Source: Patescibacteria group bacterium
GTDB taxonomy: Bacteria > Patescibacteriota > Microgenomatia > UBA8517
Assembly (NCBI GenBank): GCA_041742135.1
Contig: JBGSJG010000008.1
Location: 232,964-296,963 of the forward strand
Direction of reading: 5' to 3'
DNA length: 64,000 nt
Position numbers and translations under genes: made by a program. The notes under the pieces are model-generated. The model did not search any database and was not told the origin of the DNA. It saw only the letters and a program-made list of their open reading frames with translations. Of the stretch, positions 59,431 through 64,000 are shown in pieces (within the stretch, counting starts at the first letter, position 1; each line of letters opens with the position of its first letter).

Positions 59431-60717
59431 TTATCCCTTATTGTAAACGCTGAATTCACTACCGGATAATACAGGAGTTTTGCCAACGTACATTTTCTTC
59501 ATTTTTTTGTCAGTCAGATTAAAAGCGTGACCATTGCCAATTTTATTATTGGCAAGGGAAAGGGGACTTTTACCGAGATTTACTTGATAAGCAATTGTGT
59601 CCATAAAAGCTACCCTGCCAATCAAGTTGCCTTTTAGCACCTCGAATGCTACAAAATAGTGGTTATTGCCTTGCTTTACTTTTTGAGCAACAAAGCTGTT
59701 GTCTCCCACGCTTACAAAATCCTCGGCATTACCCGTGCCTTCTCTTATAAAATTACGAATAGGCTTTAAATTCCCTGAGAAAACATTTGAAAGAACTCCA
59801 CTTTTGTCTGCACAATAAGTAAAATATTCTAGCGCCACCTTCGCCACAAAGCGGGCAGTATTCACATCTACATCTTGAGACGCAATGAAACTCGACTTAA
59901 TTTGTTTTGGCTGCTCGTCATCATTGACTGTTTCCTTGCTTGATCCTGATTTTAACCCCAAATTCTTTAGTGCAGCTTGCACAATTTCAGATGAATCGTC
60001 TCTATCTCCAATCCAGTCTGCCGATTCAGTTCCTTCTCTAAAACTTCTTATCTTATATTGCAGCTTTTTAATTTTATTTTGGGATTTTATATTAGCCACT
60101 TCCTCTGCGAAGATGAGGGCATGGAGGTTACCTTTTTTTAACAAAAGAATGGGGTCTTTGGTAAAACCGACTTTATCTAATGCACTTTTTACTAATAGCA
60201 ACAGTGGATTGTATTCAATTGTGGTTTCGGGAGAAAAGTGGAATTTTAGGAGGCTTGAATCGTAAAGAATAACTGGACTTTGTTTACCTGTCTTTCTTAT
60301 GAGGAGAAGTCTTGCTATTAAGCCTTCAAAACTTTTTTCTGCAAAGTGTTTTTCAATTGTCTCGCCCAATTTGCTATTACATTGGTCACAAACAACATCC
60401 CCTTGAAAGAATAAATCCGGCTGAAAATTACCCATAAACTGGCTCAAAATGTGAGCCTTTTTCTTGAAAGAGTTTGGTTCTTGGCTACTGCAGTAAATGC
60501 ATTTGGGGGTTTGTCTATTCATATTTATTTTCTTATTGTTCAAGATTGCCTCAATATCTTTCGGATCATAGCGCCTGTCACCACGTTCATTCACTATAAT
60601 TGCTTTCAGCTTGCCTCGTTTATCCCAACGCCTTAACGTTTCCGAATGAACGTTTAGTATTTCGGCCGCCTGCTTGATAGTTAGCAGCTTTGGTAGCTGA
60701 TGTTTTTTCTTCGGCAT
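59431..60717 (-). CDS. HTH (excisionase/MerR-type) plus HNH/Zn-ribbon plus large unknown C-terminal domain protein, 8 nt upstream of mod
   Basis: LTIKQAAEILNVHSETLRRWDKRGKL; CIYCSS...KKAHI...CDQCN. Confidence 0.5.
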   Translation of the reverse strand: MPKKKHQLPKLLTIKQAAEILNVHSETLRRWDKRGKLKAIIVNERGDRRYDPKDIEAILNNKKINMNRQTPKCIYCSSQEPNSFKKKAHILSQFMGNFQPDLFFQGDVVCDQCNSKLGETIEKHFAEKSFEGLIARLLLIRKTGKQSPVILYDSSLLKFHFSPETTIEYNPLLLLVKSALDKVGFTKDPILLLKKGNLHALIFAEEVANIKSQNKIKKLQYKIRSFREGTESADWIGDRDDSSEIVQAALKNLGLKSGSSKETVNDDEQPKQIKSSFIASQDVDVNTARFVAKVALEYFTYCADKSGVLSNVFSGNLKPIRNFIREGTGNAEDFVSVGDNSFVAQKVKQGNNHYFVAFEVLKGNLIGRVAFMDTIAYQVNLGKSPLSLANNKIGNGHAFNLTDKKMKKMYVGKTPVLSGSEFSVYNKG

Positions 60718-60760
60718 ACCTATACAAAATTATACAAAAATAATGACTGAAATGGTATAG
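60701..60760. repeat. copy A of a duplicated promoter/5' cassette (ttcttcggcatacct-atacaaaattatacaaaaataa-tgactgaaatggtata)
   Basis: ~80% identical to 63188-63250. The minus sense contains TATAAT ~12 nt before the ATG of 59431..60717. Confidence 0.6.
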
Positions 60761-60787
60761 CAATAAGCGAAAGAGTCTTCATAAAAG

Positions 60788-62209
60788 TCATGTTTGGTTG
60801 ACTGATTTGAGTCTTTTCCATATTTCTACCATTGCTAGCGTATCTAGCCTGCAGTACTTGAGTAAATTCTTTCTAACTTGATCTTTTTGTTCTTCTGAAG
60901 CATTCCCATGCACAACCTCCCACCATCGGGTCATAGCTGTTGCCCCTTCGGCAATTTCCATATCATCGTAACTAAGCTCGGGACATAATACTGGTAAAAC
61001 TTTTTTAATAGAGGCACTGCCATGAAAGCGGTAGTCAACATAAAGACCATTTTTAAAAATATCCATTAGATCGAAAACTCGTCCATTAATACCTTCAATC
61101 TCGTTGCTGTAAACTGGTTGTAGAATGGCTAATTCTTCATTCCGCTTACATTCAAAGTGTTTGTTCCAGACGATGACTGAACCACTATCACCAATAACTT
61201 TCATTAGCGCCTCGGTAAACTGAGGGCTAGGTTCATCGACTTCAGTAGTGATAAATTCGTAGTGGCTTAATTGAGTATCCTCTGGCTTTGCCAATACGTG
61301 TAAGGAGAATTGAAAGACGATATGTTGATAGGGTGTGTAGCTGTCATGAATAGGAATAGCAGGCCCAAATGTTTCATAGTCTAAAAAGTAATGAGGGAAG
61401 GTTAGATTTCCCAACTCTCTACTTATTCCCTCTCGGTCGATTATCGCCTGTTGAGTTTTAATTGAACGTAGTTGAAGTATCTGTTTGGGGTTTAAGTCTT
61501 CCGTTTCATCAATATCTACAAGGTTTGAATAGCCTTTTTCTACCAGTTTTTCGTACTGACCTACTTTCCACCATGACAAGTCATAAATTGGGTACTCTCC
61601 TAGATTTGGGTGGCATAGTTGGAGGCAGGAGCAGTCGTTAGGTTTATAGCAGCGATTTTCTGGTGGATTATCTGCTTTTAGAACTTCTAACGCCTCGGAC
61701 CGCAATTTGAAGACTTCATCCTCAAGCTTAGCGATTACGTTTGCCATGTCTTCAACCAAGAAAAACTTTTGTAAGTCGATTTGACCATTTTTTACATAAT
61801 CTCCATTTACATGCACCAGGTATGTTTTATGAACGGGCAGTGTAGCCTTACCAATAAGATGTTGAAACGTCACATCATACTTATTCTGCTTATCAACTTT
61901 AGTACTGCTCTTTATCTCGTATAAGTCATATGTGTTATTAAGTGTGTCATGTACCAAAGCATCAATTCTGGCTTCGTAGTTGCCGTCAGTCAGGACGTAT
62001 TGAAAATCTATAGTGCTTCCAGGGGGATATTCCGCTTCAACTTTGTTTTGTAGAAATTGTTTGGCAAGACGCTCAACTTCATAACCTTGTTTTGCTATTA
62101 ATTGATCATAAGCCGAGAACTTTTTACTCTCCAGTTTGCCATTGACCTCTGCCCACAAGTGCATTGGTGAATCTAGAAATGTAAGGAAGTTGGATTTAGT
62201 TAGTATCAT
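60788..62209 (-). CDS. DUF2779-type protein: N-terminal RecB/Cas4-like PD-(D/E)xK nuclease plus C-terminal DEDD-like 3'-5' exonuclease fold
   Basis: DLYEIKSSTK; CYKPNDCSCLQLC Cys cluster; YFLDYETF. Confidence 0.55.
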   Translation of the reverse strand: MILTKSNFLTFLDSPMHLWAEVNGKLESKKFSAYDQLIAKQGYEVERLAKQFLQNKVEAEYPPGSTIDFQYVLTDGNYEARIDALVHDTLNNTYDLYEIKSSTKVDKQNKYDVTFQHLIGKATLPVHKTYLVHVNGDYVKNGQIDLQKFFLVEDMANVIAKLEDEVFKLRSEALEVLKADNPPENRCYKPNDCSCLQLCHPNLGEYPIYDLSWWKVGQYEKLVEKGYSNLVDIDETEDLNPKQILQLRSIKTQQAIIDREGISRELGNLTFPHYFLDYETFGPAIPIHDSYTPYQHIVFQFSLHVLAKPEDTQLSHYEFITTEVDEPSPQFTEALMKVIGDSGSVIVWNKHFECKRNEELAILQPVYSNEIEGINGRVFDLMDIFKNGLYVDYRFHGSASIKKVLPVLCPELSYDDMEIAEGATAMTRWWEVVHGNASEEQKDQVRKNLLKYCRLDTLAMVEIWKRLKSVNQT

Positions 62210-62229
62210 TTACTGTTATTGATTACTTT

Positions 62230-62481
62230 TTAGTCATAGGGATCAAGTCCAAAATTCTTTTTAGCTCGTTCCTCATTTGCCTTGTTCACTTCTGCAATTT
62301 CATTTCGGTTTCTTCTTTGGATTTCCTCCTCACTTTCCAGCTCCTCAGGGTAAAAGTTTTGTGGCACGCCGTTTTCCATTCTTACCTGAATTTTTTGTTC
62401 CCCGTCTTCTTCCAACTCTTTAAGAACAACTCCCTTGCCCATAACTTTATGCCTAACAACCATTCCTCTCGTAAAATTCAT
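62230..62481 (-). CDS. small (83 aa) protein, 4-nt overlap with the upstream HNH gene
   Basis: ORF; N-terminal GMVVRHKVMGKGVV is KOW/SH3-like. Confidence 0.35.
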   Translation of the reverse strand: MNFTRGMVVRHKVMGKGVVLKELEEDGEQKIQVRMENGVPQNFYPEELESEEEIQRRNRNEIAEVNKANEERAKKNFGLDPYD

Positions 62482-63167
62482 GAAGACACCTCCTCTCTCT
62501 CTTGAAGTAAAAATTCATTTAACTTACCTACTGCCATTGAGATGGCCACCTGACTTTGCCTATAAGCCTCCAGTAATCTGTTTGTAACCTCAGCAAAGGC
62601 GTTCCCCTCAGCCCTTGTGTTTGCGTACATATTAACAAAGGTATTTACTCTCCCTACTCCAGCATATGCTTTGTTGATCTCGTCTCTTAAACCATCTGGC
62701 AAGAGCAGAAGCGAGCCTTGAGCTATGGATCGGTTGTATTCGTTATCATGGAGTATACATCCTATTTTGTCCTGCCATTGAGAGCCGCTTGTGAACTGTT
62801 TTACAACCAACTCATTGTGCCCTAATTCTAGAGACATACCCTCTAACGGGCCGACATCAACATCCCTTGGGGCGGAAATAAGTGCTTCTGGATGCTTGGA
62901 GCAAGTCTCCAGCCACTGTTTCTTATGTGCAAGTAATTCTATTTTAGTGAACTTTCTTCCTCTTGGATGAGCATCGTTGTAATGATTTACCTCAGCGTGG
63001 CACTCAAAACATAGTGGTATGGCATTCTCAATATCGTCACTTCCACCATCAGCCTTATGTTCAACGTGATGAAGTTCCATTTTAACGCCACAAAATCTGT
63101 GACACACGCAGCATCTCCTGTGGCAATGAGCTAGTAGTTTTGAAACTTTATTTTTATCAAAAGCCAT
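62478..63167 (-). CDS. HNH endonuclease-domain protein with ~150-aa unknown C-terminal domain
   Basis: CHRRCCVCHRFCGVKMELHHVEHKADGGSDDIENAIPLCFECH. Confidence 0.6.
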   Translation of the reverse strand: MAFDKNKVSKLLAHCHRRCCVCHRFCGVKMELHHVEHKADGGSDDIENAIPLCFECHAEVNHYNDAHPRGRKFTKIELLAHKKQWLETCSKHPEALISAPRDVDVGPLEGMSLELGHNELVVKQFTSGSQWQDKIGCILHDNEYNRSIAQGSLLLLPDGLRDEINKAYAGVGRVNTFVNMYANTRAEGNAFAEVTNRLLEAYRQSQVAISMAVGKLNEFLLQEREEVSS

Positions 63168-63187
63168 ATTATTTATTAGTTGCCCAT

Positions 63188-63250
63188 TAGTTCTTCGGCA
63201 TACCTCTATTTAATTATACAAAAATAAAGCCTAAATTGGTATACTTGCAG
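63188..63250. repeat. copy B of the same cassette, in the divergent intergenic region. On the minus strand it carries an ATG CCG AAG AAC TAA remnant of the MPKK start.
   Basis: Direct alignment with copy A. Confidence 0.6.
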
Positions 63251-63257
63251 CACAACC

Positions 63258-64000
63258 ATGAGTGCAAAAAAAACGAATAACCATTTACCATCGCATAGTG
63301 ACAACGACTTTACAGATAAGGAGTCAGTAAGTCTTATTGAAAATATTTTAGCTCGCCACAAACGAGTAATGCCGAAGCTGTATTCGAGCGACAAATGGCC
63401 TAATATTGATGGTCATATTGAAGTCCAAGATATTAGTAATGTATTAATGGGGCGTTCATACGTGCAAGTAAAAACTTTTCCTGCCAACCATAATTTGAAA
63501 TTTGCATGCCCTGTATCTTTTCTCACAAGTTGTGAGCTAGACCCTTGTTTTTTGTTTGGTGTTGATAATCAAAATGGGAGGGTTTATTGGCTTTATTTCG
63601 ATGCTCAGGTTATAAAAGAAATTGATTTCGAAAACAATACATCCACAAAAACAATTGAATTTATTCAATCACAATACTTCGATAAGGATAAGGTTGATTA
63701 TGTTGAGGAGTGGGAAAAAATCATCAGAGATAACCAGCAAAAATTTAAGCAGTATAACGAGCTAAAAGAATCGTACGAGCTTATTCTCAGTAGTTCCAAT
63801 AGAGCCATAGGGAAAACTGATAAAAATTTTTCTAAAATTCATTTATTTCTTGATGAGTTGAACAGCGGACTCGATCACCAGTTTCGAATAGTAAAAGATA
63901 TTTTTTATCCACGAACTTGGAAAATAGGACTTGCGTACTATGACTATGAAGACACAAAGGTTGCCTACACTCCGTTTCCCATCCCAATTGATCAGAATGA
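63258..64000 (+). CDS. hypothetical protein, 3'-truncated by the window end; possible PD-(D/E)xK-like N-terminal region
   Basis: Manual translation is open from the ATG at 63258 to the window end (247 codons): MSAKKTNNHLPSH...WPNIDGHIEVQD... Confidence 0.35.
   Translation, partial: MSAKKTNNHLPSHSDNDFTDKESVSLIENILARHKRVMPKLYSSDKWPNIDGHIEVQDISNVLMGRSYVQVKTFPANHNLKFACPVSFLTSCELDPCFLFGVDNQNGRVYWLYFDAQVIKEIDFENNTSTKTIEFIQSQYFDKDKVDYVEEWEKIIRDNQQKFKQYNELKESYELILSSSNRAIGKTDKNFSKIHLFLDELNSGLDHQFRIVKDIFYPRTWKIGLAYYDYEDTKVAYTPFPIPIDQN

Noticed and set aside
1-64000. CRISPR array, rRNA genes, integrase, transposase or IS elements
   Set aside because: No regularly spaced short direct repeats, no rRNA-like conserved stretches, and no recombinase, transposase or terminase motifs were recognised in any frame. 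Absence is by eye only.

Overview
This is a low-GC (~40% by eye), gene-dense window. From sequence alone it reads as a small bacterial chromosome segment that combines housekeeping genes with several accessory modules. The housekeeping genes are an ABC-F ATPase (partial at the window edge), tyrS, tRNA-His, pyrD, a P-type ATPase, ksgA/rsmA, polyamine genes (DUF43/BpsA-like and speH) and two NUDIX hydrolases.

Accessory content:
- 858-3027: a patch made only of 3'-terminal gene fragments.
- 7.2-12.5 kb: a radical-SAM/SPASM, DegT aminotransferase, kinase, HprK-like kinase and PHP-phosphoesterase cluster, lying next to tRNA-His.
- 20.2-38.6 kb, minus strand: a T7-like podovirus-type prophage module. 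It carries XhlA-like, holin and M23-peptidase lysis genes, a 1670-aa virion protein with an ADP-ribosyltransferase-like motif, a tail fibre with a 123-bp tandem repeat, a virion-associated amidase_2 lysin with a novel repeated domain, a KH-domain gene, capsid and scaffold. The matching T7 gp8-like portal sits displaced at 50.9-52.8 kb.
- 41.4-50.9 kb, between portal and capsid: a 7-deazaguanine (preQ0) biosynthesis set (folE, queD, queE, extended queC) wired to a GT2 glycosyltransferase, LmbE-type deacetylase, NodU/TobZ-type carbamoyltransferase, two APH-like kinases and an epimerase. This is a candidate deazapurine-glycoside or DNA-hypermodification system.
- 53-63.2 kb: a defence island. It holds a Type III R-M (mod/res) co-operonic with an HTH-HNH protein and an 803-aa membrane protein, plus an HNH / small protein / DUF2779 nuclease operon. 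A duplicated promoter/5' cassette carrying a start-codon remnant links the two units.

No rRNA, CRISPR array, integrase, transposase or terminase was recognised. All functional calls are motif-level inferences made without database searches.
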